Source: Minisyncoccota bacterium (GTDB lineage Bacteria; Patescibacteriota; Minisyncoccia; Phycocordibacterales; Phycocordibacteraceae). Taken from it: a stretch of 64,000 nt of DNA. Positions 53,462 through 63,745 of this stretch are shown here, piece by piece. The notes beneath the pieces were generated by a model, which saw only the letters and a list, made by a program, of their open reading frames with translations, had not been told where the DNA came from and did not search any database. A program made the translations under genes and the position numbers. The DNA is taken from assembly GCA_018062765.1 (NCBI GenBank), contig JAGORR010000001.1, positions 10,087-74,086 of the forward strand, read 5' to 3'. Each line of letters begins with the position of its first letter. Within the stretch, counting starts at the first letter, position 1.

Positions 53462-55855
53462 TCATAGCTTTTGCATTTCTCCCCAATTCTGTCCGACCTT
53501 CGCCTCCGCAAGTATCGGCACGCCGTTGCGCATTTCTTCCGGCATCACGGACTCCATAATTTCCTTAATGCGTGGCGCGAGCTCTTTGAGTTTCTCGTCC
53601 TTCACTTCGTACACGAGCTCGTCGTGGACCTGCAAGAGTAGGTGGGCGTCATCCGCTACTCCTTCTTTTTTCAACATCTCATCTACCTCGACCATCGCGA
53701 GCTTGATGACATCCGCCTGCGTGCCTTGTATCGGCGCGTTTATTGCCATGCGTTCCGCGCTTGCTCTGATAAACGGCAGCGATGACTTCATCTCCGGAAA
53801 CTGCCGGCGGCGGCCGAACAACGTTTCTGTATAGCCGTGCTTACGGGCAAAGCCTTTCGTCGACTCCAGGTACTGCGCGAGCGTCGTGAACGTAGCAAAA
53901 TAATCGTCGTAGAACTTATGCGCGTCGCCGGTAGAGGTCCCGAGCTGCGTCTTAAGCGCATTCACGCCCATGCCATACAGGATTCCGAAGTTGATGATCT
54001 TTGCGCGTCGTCGCATTTCCCTATCAACCGCATCAGACGCGACCCCGAACACCTGTGACGCCACTTCCGTGTGTACGTCGCGTCCCGAGGCGAATATCGC
54101 CGTCAGCTTCTCGTCCCCAGAAAGTATTGCCGCGATGCGGAGCTCTATCTGCGAGTAGTCGATTGCAAGCAAGGTCGAACCCTTGGGTGCGATGAAGGCA
54201 TTACGGATGACGCGCCCGCGTTCCGTACGTATCGGAATATTCTGAAGCCCCGGGTTCTGCGTCGCCATGCGGCCGGTGACCGCACCCATCTGCAGGAACT
54301 CTGTGTGGAGGCGGTCTTCCGAATCGAGCAAGGGCGGAATGCTCTCTATATAGGTACCGAGTAACTTCTGTATCTGCCGGAACTCAAGGACGTCAGCAAC
54401 GATAGGGTGGAGGTCCCGAATCTTTTCTAGCTCTGACTCCTTGGTTGAGCGCTGCCCTCCTGCAGTCTTCTTCTGCCCTTTCGCCTTAAGCTCCAACTTA
54501 TCAAAGAGCACATCCCCAAGCTGCTTCGGAGAGCTCACATTGAATTCCATCCCCGCGTGCTTGAAAATGCGCGCCTCCACCTCCTCGAGCTCCTTCCGGT
54601 ACTTTTTTTGTAAATTAGCGAGCACCTCTTTATCGATGAGCACACCGTACGCGCTTGCTTCAGCAAGAATTGGAATCAATGGATGCTCGATAGTCTCGTA
54701 TACCTCTTTGAGGCGTCCGGTTGCCGCAAGCAACTGCGTAAGTTCCGCATACGCCTCATCGAACGTATCTTTCTTCGAGTATGAAAGGATGTCGTCTAAC
54801 TCCGGATTCGTAAGGTCCGAGGAGAGTAAGGTAACCATCACCTTCGCCTCCGCAAGTCGCAAAGGATCTATCGACGCAGCGTCGACAACGACAACTCCAT
54901 CACCCTCCTCATGCTCAACCATCTCTGTGCCGCCGGAAAGCACGACACGGACGCGGCCACGCAAGGAACGAAAGCCGAGCCCATCAAAGAGCGCGAGTAT
55001 CGAGATGATTCGCTCCGGACGCGTGTGCCACTCCGTATCCGCGAGCGTAAATTCGATAGGCGCATCAAGCCGTATCGAGGCGAGCATTTTGGAGAATCTG
55101 GCATCCTCCTCATGCTCCTTCAGGAGCCCGATGATGCGGGGCTTTATTCCAACCTCAAGGAATTTCTTATCACTCTTCTTAAGCGCTGCGTACATCTTCT
55201 CTATAGTGCCGAAATTCGTCACAAGCTCCGTCGCGGTCTTCTCTCCTATTCCCGGGATACCGATGATGTTATCGGAGGGGTCACCCCGGAGTCCCTTCCA
55301 GTCTGGAATTAGTTCCGGCGGAAATCCGTAGCGCGCCTCAACCGCCTTCTCGTCGTACATGATGGTGTCGTTGATTCCCTTCTTGAGGGTGTAGACCTTC
55401 ACGCGCCCCGCGTCGATAAGCTGCATCGTATCCATATCGCCGGAGGCGATAACAACCTCGAGTTCTTTATCTTTCTCGGTAAGCTTCACGATAGTGCCGA
55501 GGATGTCGTCAGCCTCGAATCCCTCGTAGTCGTACATCGGGATTCCAAACGCGTTAAACACGCGACGCGAGCCCTCAAGCTGCGCGACAAGTGCATCGTC
55601 CGTCTTCGCGCGCGTTGCCTTGTATCCCTCATACGCCGCGTGGCGGATAGTTGGCTTCGGTAAGTCGTAGCAGGACGCGATGAAGTCGGGCTTCAGGTCA
55701 TCGATGATGCGAAGCAGCATTGATGAGAGCCCGTAGAGTGCGCCCGTGGGCGCACCATCAGGCCCCGTAAAGTCCGGAAGCGCGTGGTACGCGCGATGGA
55801 TGATGGCGTGCGCATCAAGAAGCACGAGCCGCTTCTTCTTAGCTGCCTTAGCCAT
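53462..55855 (-). CDS. polA: DNA polymerase I (5'-3' exonuclease + polymerase domains)
   Basis: N-terminal 5'-nuclease/HhH2, motif A DYSQIELRIAA, motif B RRRAKIINFGILYG, motif C QVHDELV. Confidence 0.95.
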   Translation of the reverse strand: MAKAAKKKRLVLLDAHAIIHRAYHALPDFTGPDGAPTGALYGLSSMLLRIIDDLKPDFIASCYDLPKPTIRHAAYEGYKATRAKTDDALVAQLEGSRRVFNAFGIPMYDYEGFEADDILGTIVKLTEKDKELEVVIASGDMDTMQLIDAGRVKVYTLKKGINDTIMYDEKAVEARYGFPPELIPDWKGLRGDPSDNIIGIPGIGEKTATELVTNFGTIEKMYAALKKSDKKFLEVGIKPRIIGLLKEHEEDARFSKMLASIRLDAPIEFTLADTEWHTRPERIISILALFDGLGFRSLRGRVRVVLSGGTEMVEHEEGDGVVVVDAASIDPLRLAEAKVMVTLLSSDLTNPELDDILSYSKKDTFDEAYAELTQLLAATGRLKEVYETIEHPLIPILAEASAYGVLIDKEVLANLQKKYRKELEEVEARIFKHAGMEFNVSSPKQLGDVLFDKLELKAKGQKKTAGGQRSTKESELEKIRDLHPIVADVLEFRQIQKLLGTYIESIPPLLDSEDRLHTEFLQMGAVTGRMATQNPGLQNIPIRTERGRVIRNAFIAPKGSTLLAIDYSQIELRIAAILSGDEKLTAIFASGRDVHTEVASQVFGVASDAVDREMRRRAKIINFGILYGMGVNALKTQLGTSTGDAHKFYDDYFATFTTLAQYLESTKGFARKHGYTETLFGRRRQFPEMKSSLPFIRASAERMAINAPIQGTQADVIKLAMVEVDEMLKKEGVADDAHLLLQVHDELVYEVKDEKLKELAPRIKEIMESVMPEEMRNGVPILAEAKVGQNWGEMQKL

Positions 55856-56282
55856 GAGTTATTTTCCGCCCATCCTCCACAATCTCGATCTTAAGCGCAA
55901 CGTCCGCAGCCGGGAGCGCGTCCGCGACCTGCTCAGGCCACTCGAGCATGACAAGATTCTCGCGCATCTGGAGAGCTTCAGAGAGTCTCAGCGGCGCGAG
56001 CTCCACGCCACTTTTAAGCCGGTACGCGTCGATGTGTATGAGCCGCACGAACGGGCAGTCCTTTTGGAGCTCGTATTCCTTCAAAAGCGTGAACGTCGGG
56101 CTCGTCACCTCGCCAGGGGCTCCTAGCGCACGCGCCGCCGCCTTCACAAACGCAGTTTTGCCTGCCCCAAGCTCACCCGAGAGCGTAACGAGGGTCGCAC
56201 CCGACTCCTTGGGCGCCAAAGAATGCGCGAACTCGGTCGCGAATGCTTCAAAAGCGGCTAAGTCAGCCACGACTCGTTCCAT
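55848..56282 (-). CDS. tsaE: tRNA t6A biosynthesis ATPase TsaE (YjeE)
   Basis: LSGELGAGKTAFVKA P-loop and TFTLLKEY motif. Overlaps the polA start by 8 nt. Confidence 0.85.
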   Translation of the reverse strand: MERVVADLAAFEAFATEFAHSLAPKESGATLVTLSGELGAGKTAFVKAAARALGAPGEVTSPTFTLLKEYELQKDCPFVRLIHIDAYRLKSGVELAPLRLSEALQMRENLVMLEWPEQVADALPAADVALKIEIVEDGRKITHG

Positions 56283-56327
56283 ATATTCATTGTACCAAGG
56301 TGGGCCAAAGCGCTATATTGAAGGTAA

Positions 56328-58004
56328 ATGGCACCCCTTCCTTTCGACACGAACGCAGAGAATGCCAAACTTGCCCGCTTCCGCGAAGAGGAGGAGGAAG
56401 ATTTGGCGCGCATCCTCTCAGAAAAATACGGTCTTAAGTACGCTGACCTGCGCGCTGCGCCCATTGATGCGGAAGCACTGCGTCTTATCCCTGAAGCGAA
56501 GGCGCGTGAGACGGAAGTCGCGCCCGTGCACAAGGGTGGAACGGATGTGACACTCGCCATTCGCAATCCTCAGAACCCAGGGCTTCCTGTTATCCTCGAC
56601 GACCTCAAGTCGCGCGGTCTTGCGGTGACCCAGGTACTCGTCTCTGCGAGAAGCCTCGAGAAAGCCCATGCGCGGTATGCGGAGCTCTCGTTTGCGAAGG
56701 CCGAACGCCAGGGTGTCCTCACCGTGTCCCCAAGCGAACTCTCGCTCCTTACCGATTCCCTGGTTCAGCCAGCAGAACTACGCCGTTACCTCGAAGAAAC
56801 GATATCAGGGAAGCAAGCGAGCGAGGTGACGAAACTCTCCGAGGCGATATTCGCGGCTGCGTTTGCTATGAAAGCATCCGACATCCACCTGGAGCCCGAG
56901 GAGGAAGGTGCAAAGCTCCGCTTTCGCCTTGATGGCGCCCTCTCCGATGTTTTCTTCTTTGCTCCAGAAACGTACCGCTTCCTCAATTCCCGCCTCAAGA
57001 TTCTCGCCGGCTTGAAACTCAACGTGCACGACCGCGCACAGGACGGGCGCTTCACTGCGGAAATCGGCACCTCGGACATAGAAATACGCGCGTCGGCGAT
57101 TCCCGGGAATTACGGCGAGTCTTTCGTGATGCGCCTTTTGGACCCATCCGCTATTGAGATCGGACTCGAGTCTTTGGGTATTCACCCGAAACTTCTTGCG
57201 CGCCTTACAACCGAGATTAAGCGCCCTACCGGCATGCTGCTTACCACCGGCCCCACCGGCTCCGGTAAAACGACGACTCTGTATGCCTTCTTGAAAAAGG
57301 TGCAGTCGCCGGACGTAAAGATCATCACGATAGAAGACCCGGTTGAGTACCACCTCCCCGGTATTGTGCAGACACAGGCGAACGGTAAGGACTACACGTT
57401 TGCCGGCGGCCTGCGCTCCATCGTACGTCAGGACCCAGACGTCATCATGGTCGGCGAGATACGCGACGCAGAGACTGCAGGCGTCGCTATACAGGCGGCA
57501 CTTACCGGCCACTTCGTATTCTCGACCATACACACGAATGATGCTGCCGGCACATTCCCCCGCCTTTCAGACCTTGGCGTCGACTCTAAAGAGTTCGGCT
57601 CAGCCATCACCGTTGCGATGGCGCAACGCCTCGTGCGCAAACTCGATCCGGAAACCAGCAAGCAGGTAGAGCTCACGGGCGATAACAAGACGCTTGTCGA
57701 TCGCGTGCTTGCGTCAATCATGGATAAGACGCTCATTCCCGAGAACACCACCCACGTTTGGGTTCCAGACCCCACGACGGCCGACCAAACTGGATACCGG
57801 GGGCGCGTCGGCCTGTACGAGGCGATTTTCATGGACGACAAGATGGCGACATTCCTGCGCGATAACCCCTCGGCAAGCGACATCCGCAAAGAAGCAGCGC
57901 GCCAGGGGTATATCACCATGCTCCAGGACGGCGTATTGAAGGCACTCGCGGGACTAACTTCACTAGAAGAAGTTCTCTCCGTCGCCGATATCCCTCGCGA
58001 TTAG
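56328..58004 (+). CDS. pilB: Type IV pilus assembly ATPase PilB / GspE family
   Basis: TGPTGSGKTTTLYAF Walker A and the Asp box. The N-terminal domain resembles the GspE N1 domain. Confidence 0.95.
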   Translation: MAPLPFDTNAENAKLARFREEEEEDLARILSEKYGLKYADLRAAPIDAEALRLIPEAKARETEVAPVHKGGTDVTLAIRNPQNPGLPVILDDLKSRGLAVTQVLVSARSLEKAHARYAELSFAKAERQGVLTVSPSELSLLTDSLVQPAELRRYLEETISGKQASEVTKLSEAIFAAAFAMKASDIHLEPEEEGAKLRFRLDGALSDVFFFAPETYRFLNSRLKILAGLKLNVHDRAQDGRFTAEIGTSDIEIRASAIPGNYGESFVMRLLDPSAIEIGLESLGIHPKLLARLTTEIKRPTGMLLTTGPTGSGKTTTLYAFLKKVQSPDVKIITIEDPVEYHLPGIVQTQANGKDYTFAGGLRSIVRQDPDVIMVGEIRDAETAGVAIQAALTGHFVFSTIHTNDAAGTFPRLSDLGVDSKEFGSAITVAMAQRLVRKLDPETSKQVELTGDNKTLVDRVLASIMDKTLIPENTTHVWVPDPTTADQTGYRGRVGLYEAIFMDDKMATFLRDNPSASDIRKEAARQGYITMLQDGVLKALAGLTSLEEVLSVADIPRD

Positions 58005-58017
58005 AAGCAACTAACGC

Positions 58018-58045
58018 AAAACGCCCCGCATATGCGGGGCGTTTT
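58018..58045 (+). terminator. Rho-independent terminator after pilB
   Basis: AAAACGCCCCGCATATGCGGGGCGTTTT. Confidence 0.6.
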
Positions 58046-58268
58046 ACTTCACGTTCACGATCTTCCAGGCGATCCCATCCGTAAGGATGGGTGGACGAAG
58101 CACCTGAGAAAGCCCCCAGCGGGCCGCGCAAGCGCGGTACCAGAGGAACCTTGGGGAGACGCCCGAAGCCGTCAAGCCTTGCCTGGAAGATCCTGCACGC
58201 GATGTGGAAATTCCTGAGGGCGTTGCCGCCTCCAGGAATGTACGTACGGGCCCCAGGCCCTGTATAAT

Positions 58269-59294
58269 GTGAATGTAGCATACGAGGCTTTTATGTCAAG
58301 TACCCCCACAGACTCCCCTGTCGTCCGCGATCAGCAGCTTGATGCTGCACTGCGCCCGGATTCGTGGGACGAATACGCCGGTCAGTCCCATGTAAAAGCG
58401 AACGTGCGTATCGTTTTGGATGCCGCCAAGAAGCGCGGCGGCATGCCGGAGCATTTTTTGTTCTACGGGCCGCCGGGAGTCGGGAAAACCACCCTCGCGC
58501 ACCTTGTTGCCGTTACCCTCGGCGCACCCCTTAAGACCACCTCGGGTGTCGCTATCGAGCGTGCTGGAGATCTCGCCGCCATTCTTACAAATCTTGAGCC
58601 CGGGACCGTCCTTTTTATCGACGAGATACATCAGCTCTCCCGGAAAATCGAAGAGCTTCTCTACCCAGCGCTTGAAAACGGTACCCTCGACATCATCCTC
58701 GGCAAAGGACCCTCCGCGCGTACGGTAGAACTCGCGCTCCCCCCGTTTACGCTTATTGGCGCGACGACGAAAGTCGCTTCCCTTTCAGGCCCCTTACGCT
58801 CGCGGTTTGGCGGCGGTGTCTACCAACTCGATTTCTATGAGGACGAAGACCTGCGCTCCATCATCACGCGTTCTGCAGGAAAACTTGGACTCAATGCGCC
58901 TAAAGAAGTCATTCATGGTGTCGCAAAGAGAAGCCGCGCAACCCCGCGCGTTGCAAACGCCCTACTAAAGCGCGTGCGCGACTATTCCGAAGTGCACGAT
59001 AAACCACTTTCTGAGCAGGTCTGCGACGAAGCATGCAAGTTGTTTGGTATCGACTCACTAGGACTCACCAAAGATGACCGCCGGTATCTCGAAACGCTTG
59101 ATACAGGATTTCGTGGTGGCCCCGCCGGTATTCGCGCACTCGCAAGCGCGATGCACGAAGATGAGGACACTATCGAACAGGTGTATGAGCCGTATCTACT
59201 CCGGCTCGGCTTCATCGAGCGAAGCCTTCGTGGCCGCATGCTAACGACTAAAGGTCGCGCGTATCTTAAGGGCGAGCCCTCGGCACTGTTTTAA
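58269..59294 (+). CDS. ruvB: Holliday junction branch migration helicase RuvB
   Basis: GPPGVGKTTLAHLVA and LFIDEIHQL. The ORF-track start at 58269 is GTG and sits inside a TATAAT-like box (58263-58268); the likely real start is ATG 58293 with a GAGG SD. Confidence 0.93.
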   Translation: MNVAYEAFMSSTPTDSPVVRDQQLDAALRPDSWDEYAGQSHVKANVRIVLDAAKKRGGMPEHFLFYGPPGVGKTTLAHLVAVTLGAPLKTTSGVAIERAGDLAAILTNLEPGTVLFIDEIHQLSRKIEELLYPALENGTLDIILGKGPSARTVELALPPFTLIGATTKVASLSGPLRSRFGGGVYQLDFYEDEDLRSIITRSAGKLGLNAPKEVIHGVAKRSRATPRVANALLKRVRDYSEVHDKPLSEQVCDEACKLFGIDSLGLTKDDRRYLETLDTGFRGGPAGIRALASAMHEDEDTIEQVYEPYLLRLGFIERSLRGRMLTTKGRAYLKGEPSALF

Positions 59295-59378
59295 TTGCTT
59301 GTGCTGCGTGCATTCGCACACATAACTCGTGTGCGCTACTATCCGCGCAGACGCGTCTTTACGCACACGGAGGTATGA

Positions 59379-59732
59379 ATGGACCGGGTTTTTGGCGAAC
59401 GCTGGCAACAGGCTCGGAAGGAACACTTCTGCGATTTCTGCGGTGACTGGATTCAACCGGGACAGTGGTACCGGCGTCACCTCTGGATATGCCGCGAGAC
59501 CCTTGCGGTTATGAAGGAGCACGACCAGTGCCCACCAAACGAGTTCGAGACGGAACATGTGCGCGAGCTCCAGTCTGAGGTCGTAGTGGTTAGTCTGGTT
59601 TTAAAGCAGATGGCTGTTGTGAAGGTTCTTGCCAACGGAGAAACCGTCGTCGAACAGGAACTTGTGGTCGATATGACGATCGAACCAGAAAGCGAGCCGC
59701 TCGAAGAGTGCGACGAAGAGATCCCCTTCTAA
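59379..59732 (+). CDS. Hypothetical protein with N-terminal Cys-cluster (CxxC...C, Zn-ribbon-like) and acidic C-terminus
   Basis: HFCDFCGDW...WICRE...HDQC. SD ACGGAGG. Followed by a terminator hairpin. Confidence 0.35.
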   Translation: MDRVFGERWQQARKEHFCDFCGDWIQPGQWYRRHLWICRETLAVMKEHDQCPPNEFETEHVRELQSEVVVVSLVLKQMAVVKVLANGETVVEQELVVDMTIEPESEPLEECDEEIPF

Positions 59733-59767
59733 GGTCCCGACCCACTGGTCGGGACCTTTCTTTTTAC
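59733..59767 (+). terminator. Rho-independent terminator
   Basis: GGTCCCGACCCACTGGTCGGGACC followed by TTTCTTTTT. Confidence 0.55.
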
Positions 59768-59795
59768 TGGCAAGCCCTTTTGGTACAGTAACCGT

Positions 59796-60374
59796 ATGGC
59801 CGGACACTCAAAATGGGCACAGATAAAACGCGGAAAGGCGGTGACGGATGCCGCCCGAAGCCGAGTATTCTCGAAATTCGCCCGTGAGATTGCGCTCGAG
59901 TCGAAGAAAGCAGGCGGAAGCCTGTCTTCCCCGGGGCTTGCTGCGGTTATCGCTCGCGCGAAGGCAGCGAACATGCCCAAAGACAATATCGATCGCGCCG
60001 TCACCAAGGGAACATCTAAAGACGCCGGTGAGTTAGACCAGCTTGTCTACGAGTGCTACGGCCCCGCAGGTGTCGCTATTGTCGTCGACGCACTCACCGA
60101 TAGCCGCAACCGCACCACACAGGAGATTAAGCACCTGATGTCCAAAAATGACGTCGAGCTTCTGGTTCCAGGCGCAGCCTCCTGGGCATTTACGGCTTCT
60201 CCTAACAACGACGGTAGTCGCTTCACCCCGAACGAGCCTCTTACAGAAATCACAGGTGACGATGAGGAGAAGCTGCAAACCCTGCTTTCGGCGCTCGATG
60301 AGCACGACGACGTACAAGCGGTCTATACGAACGCGCGCGGATACGAGAGTACCTATGAGAGTGCTGGGAATTGA
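59796..60374 (+). CDS. yebC: YebC/PmpR-family probable transcriptional regulatory protein (short, 192 aa)
   Basis: MAGHSKWAQIKRGK N-terminus, a YebC hallmark. Confidence 0.9.
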   Translation: MAGHSKWAQIKRGKAVTDAARSRVFSKFAREIALESKKAGGSLSSPGLAAVIARAKAANMPKDNIDRAVTKGTSKDAGELDQLVYECYGPAGVAIVVDALTDSRNRTTQEIKHLMSKNDVELLVPGAASWAFTASPNNDGSRFTPNEPLTEITGDDEEKLQTLLSALDEHDDVQAVYTNARGYESTYESAGN

Positions 60375-60849
60375 CCCGGGGTACGACCGACTCGGCCTCG
60401 CCATACTCGAGGGTGACCCGTCAAAACCCGTGCACGTGTGGAGCGAGTGCGTGATTCCGGCGAAGGGTACGGTCGAGGAACGGCTTGCGGCCGTCTCCGC
60501 CGCAGTCCTGAAGGCTATCGAGTCATATGCGCCCGATGGCGCTGCCATCGAGACGCTCTTTTTCAACAAGAGCCGCTCCACCGCGCTTGGCGTTGCGGAG
60601 GCGCGCGGCGCCGTCCTCTCGGCGCTTGGCAAAAAACAGGTACCCGTGCACGAATTCTCGCCACAGTCGGTAAAGCTCGCCGTTACGGGGTACGGCGCCG
60701 CCGATAAGAAGTCGGTCGCTTTGATGATTCCGCGTCTGATGACCCTTCCTCCTAAGAAACGACTCGACGACGAGCTTGACGCAATCGCGGTCGCGCTCGC
60801 CGGCCTCCCCGCTATCCACACGGCCGGCCGCACACGCTTGCAAAGCTAG
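60355..60849 (+). CDS. ruvC: Crossover junction endodeoxyribonuclease RuvC
   Basis: MRVLGIDPGYDRLGLAILEG. ORF-track N-terminal extension rejected; ATG at 60355 overlaps the yebC end. Confidence 0.9.
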   Translation: MRVLGIDPGYDRLGLAILEGDPSKPVHVWSECVIPAKGTVEERLAAVSAAVLKAIESYAPDGAAIETLFFNKSRSTALGVAEARGAVLSALGKKQVPVHEFSPQSVKLAVTGYGAADKKSVALMIPRLMTLPPKKRLDDELDAIAVALAGLPAIHTAGRTRLQS

Positions 60850-61038
60850 GCGCTTTTGAGGAATATAGGATGACTTCGCGTATGGCGAAGGTGATAAAGT
60901 AACTTTTTTCGCATGATGGACGAAGACATGCAGAAGGACGACGCAATGACGGGAGAGGAGGAGACCACCGACACGGACACCGAGGAAGCGATGGAAGTCG
61001 CCGCTCCGGAAGAAGAGGAGACGGAGATGTAAGAGAGA

Positions 61039-61145
61039 ACCCCCGTGAGATAGGATTGTGAGGCGGTGAATAGGCCCGCAAGCTTTTCACTTCTTCTGAG
61101 TCGGAATATATGTCCGAAACCCCTTATCTCACGGGGGTTTTCTCA
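61039..61145 (+). promoter_or_regulatory. Candidate leader/attenuator: ~15-bp long-range inverted repeat enclosing ~65 nt, followed by U-tract 20 nt before PBP start
   Basis: AACCCCCGTGAGATAGG ... CCTTATCTCACGGGGGTT then TTCTCATT. No riboswitch consensus recognised. Confidence 0.3.
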
Positions 61146-61165
61146 TTCCGTGGTAGCATTTCGCC

Positions 61166-63367
61166 ATGAAAAAGAAGCGATTTTCTCTGAAAGCGCTCCT
61201 TCACAGCCGCCACCCCTTGCTGACGGTTTTCTTCATCGTGGGCGGCGTAGCCTTCATTGGCGCGGGCGTCGTTCTCATCTCAATTGCGCTCACCCCGACC
61301 CCGGGACTGTCCTCGTTCGAGAACCGCAAAGTCTCCGAGTCAACAAAGATTTATGATCGGACCGGCGAGACACTCCTCTACGACCTTAATACAGACGCAA
61401 AGCGCGAGCGGGTACCGCTCGCAAGCATTTCTCCGCGTATCCGCGAAGCGACTATCGCAACCGAGGATTCCGGTTTCTATGAGCACGGCGGCATCAGCGT
61501 AACCGGTATCCTACGCTCCATATATAAGGACGTCCTTATCGTGCTCCAGATCTCGGACGGATACACGCAAGGCGGCTCGACCATTACTCAGCAGGTGGTT
61601 AAGAATACGCTTTTGACCGGGACGAAAAGCATCGCCCGAAAGATTCATGAGATTATCCTCGCCATCAAGATCGAGCGCGTCTATACCAAGGACGAGATAC
61701 TGGAGGCGTACCTCAACGAAATGCCGTATGGCGGACCGTTTTACGGTGTCGAAACAGCCAGCCGCGCCTTCTTCGGAAAGTCAGCAGCAGATGTGGGGCT
61801 TGCAGAGGCTGCGTACCTTGCTGCTGTGCTGCAGGCACCTACTTATTACTCTCCGTACGGCAATCACCGCGAGGAGCTTGATGCGCGAAAAAATTTCGTT
61901 CTATCGCGCATGGCAGAGCTTGGCTACATCAGCGAGGATGAACGTACTGCGGCAGCGAACGAAGAAGTCGTATTTTCCCCGCAACGGGCGAGCTCAATCA
62001 TTGCGCCGCACTTCGTTTTCTATGTCCGAGAGTACCTTGAGGAGAAGTACGGCCCGACCGTCGTCGATCAAGGGCTTCGCGTGGTGACAACCATCGATGC
62101 GGAGCTGCAGCATGAGGCGGAAGCGATAGTTGCTGAGTACGGCGAAGCGAACCAAGGAAAGTTCAACGCCTCGAACGCAGCGCTGATGGCGATAGACCCG
62201 AAGACCGGGCAAATCATCTCTATGGTTGGATCGCGCGATTACTTCAATGAAGAGATACAAGGGAGCTACAACGCGGCCCTAGCATCCCGTCAGCCAGGTT
62301 CTTCCTTCAAGCCCTTTGTCTATGCGACGGCACTTTCTAAGGGATACACCCCACAAACGGCGATATTCGACCTCCCTACCCAATTCTCGACCAATTGCGA
62401 ACCATCCGATAACCACAACCACGAATCTCCTTGCTACGCGCCGCAGAACTATGACGGTCAGTTCAGAGGTCCCATGACCTTCACAACGGCGCTCGCGCAA
62501 TCCATAAACATTCCAGCAGTGAAGGTGCTCTACCTTGCGGGTATCCAGGATGTCATCGATCTCGCGCGCGGCTTGGGTGTATCGACTCTCGGAAGCGCGC
62601 GCGAATACGGGCTTTCGTTTGCGCTTGGTGCTGCTGAAGTGAAGCTCATAGAGCTCACAAATGCGTACGCCACATTCGCCGCTGACGGCGTCTACCACCC
62701 CACCTCGGCCATCCTTTCGGTCACAGATGCTAACGGTACCGTACTCGAGGAATACAAAGAAAATGCCACACAGGCGCTTGACCCGGGTGTTGCGCACGAT
62801 CTGTCTTCAATGCTCTCCAATAATGCCGCTCGTCAGCCGTCCTACGCGCCAAACAACCCGATGTACATCCCTGGGTATGACGTCGCCGCGAAGACCGGTA
62901 CCACAAACGATTACCGGGACACATGGACGGTAGGGTACTCCCCTTCTATCGCGGTCGGGGTATGGGCCGGGAACAACGACAACACGCCGATGGTGAAAGA
63001 GACCGCAGGATATATCGTCGCTCCTATGTGGAGGGCGTTCATGGACAAGGCGTTAGCGAAATACCCTACCGAGTACTTCGGCACCCCGCGCCCTATCGCA
63101 CCTGACGCGAAGCCTATATTCTTCGGCAACTATGCGGCCGACGGCATACACGACGTGCTCCACTATGTAAGCCGCAGCAATCCTACGGGACCTGCACCTG
63201 GGAATCCGGCCTCTGATGGCCAGTACCGCTACTGGGAATATGCAGTACAAGGGTGGGCTTTAACTAACCCCTTCGCCGCTGATCAGTTTAAGACTCCTGA
63301 CGAGATTAAGGATGAGGAAGAAGAGGAGGATAATAACGACCGTCGCCGCAATCGCAACAACAACTAA
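61166..63367 (+). CDS. Class A penicillin-binding protein (bifunctional glycosyltransferase/transpeptidase, PBP1A-like)
   Basis: GT51 motifs (ATIATEDSGFYEHGGIS, ITQQVVKN), TPase SxxK/SxN/KTG (KTGTTND). Ends in a Glu/Asn/Arg-rich tail. Confidence 0.95.
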   Translation: MKKKRFSLKALLHSRHPLLTVFFIVGGVAFIGAGVVLISIALTPTPGLSSFENRKVSESTKIYDRTGETLLYDLNTDAKRERVPLASISPRIREATIATEDSGFYEHGGISVTGILRSIYKDVLIVLQISDGYTQGGSTITQQVVKNTLLTGTKSIARKIHEIILAIKIERVYTKDEILEAYLNEMPYGGPFYGVETASRAFFGKSAADVGLAEAAYLAAVLQAPTYYSPYGNHREELDARKNFVLSRMAELGYISEDERTAAANEEVVFSPQRASSIIAPHFVFYVREYLEEKYGPTVVDQGLRVVTTIDAELQHEAEAIVAEYGEANQGKFNASNAALMAIDPKTGQIISMVGSRDYFNEEIQGSYNAALASRQPGSSFKPFVYATALSKGYTPQTAIFDLPTQFSTNCEPSDNHNHESPCYAPQNYDGQFRGPMTFTTALAQSINIPAVKVLYLAGIQDVIDLARGLGVSTLGSAREYGLSFALGAAEVKLIELTNAYATFAADGVYHPTSAILSVTDANGTVLEEYKENATQALDPGVAHDLSSMLSNNAARQPSYAPNNPMYIPGYDVAAKTGTTNDYRDTWTVGYSPSIAVGVWAGNNDNTPMVKETAGYIVAPMWRAFMDKALAKYPTEYFGTPRPIAPDAKPIFFGNYAADGIHDVLHYVSRSNPTGPAPGNPASDGQYRYWEYAVQGWALTNPFAADQFKTPDEIKDEEEEEDNNDRRRNRNNN

Positions 63368-63372
63368 CCAGG

Positions 63373-63624
63373 CTAGTGTATAGAGACAACAACAACTCCC
63401 GCACCCTTAAGAATCGCCTTCAGGTCCTCCGCTCTAAGGAGGATTTCTGATTTAAGCACTGAAGGAACGCGAAAAGTAAGCTTTCCGTCTTTGAACGCAA
63501 CTTGTCGTGCTGAAATAGGATGCGAAAACAATGACTCGGCGGCAGACGCACACACCTGGCGCTGTTCCCGCTCAGCGGCTCCCGGTATCTTATGGTTCTT
63601 GAGCAAGTCGGCAATCAATTGCAT
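63373..63624 (-). CDS. Hypothetical small protein, DUF721/DciA-like (found near dnaN)
   Basis: Size, position next to dnaN, and a weak DUF721-like pattern. Confidence 0.4.
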   Translation of the reverse strand: MQLIADLLKNHKIPGAAEREQRQVCASAAESLFSHPISARQVAFKDGKLTFRVPSVLKSEILLRAEDLKAILKGAGVVVVSIH

Positions 63625-63745
63625 ACGATGTACCTATAGCGTATACCTCTGTGTTTTCGGTGTTATCCCCACCAGTGAATAACGCATAGGTATCGAAAAT
63701 CTTGCTGCGTGGTCGCCGTAAAGCGATAGCTTGCGAAAAAACTTG

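Noticed and set aside
60148-60354. N-terminal extension of the ruvC ORF overlapping yebC
   Set aside because: It is out of frame with yebC coding and has no RuvC similarity. RuvC begins at MRVLGIDPG (ATG 60355).
60913-61032. 39-codon acidic ORF (MMDEDMQKDDAMTGEEETTDTDTEE...)
   Set aside because: It has no ribosome-binding site and a low-complexity acidic composition, and it lies in the leader region upstream of the PBP gene. Probably spurious.
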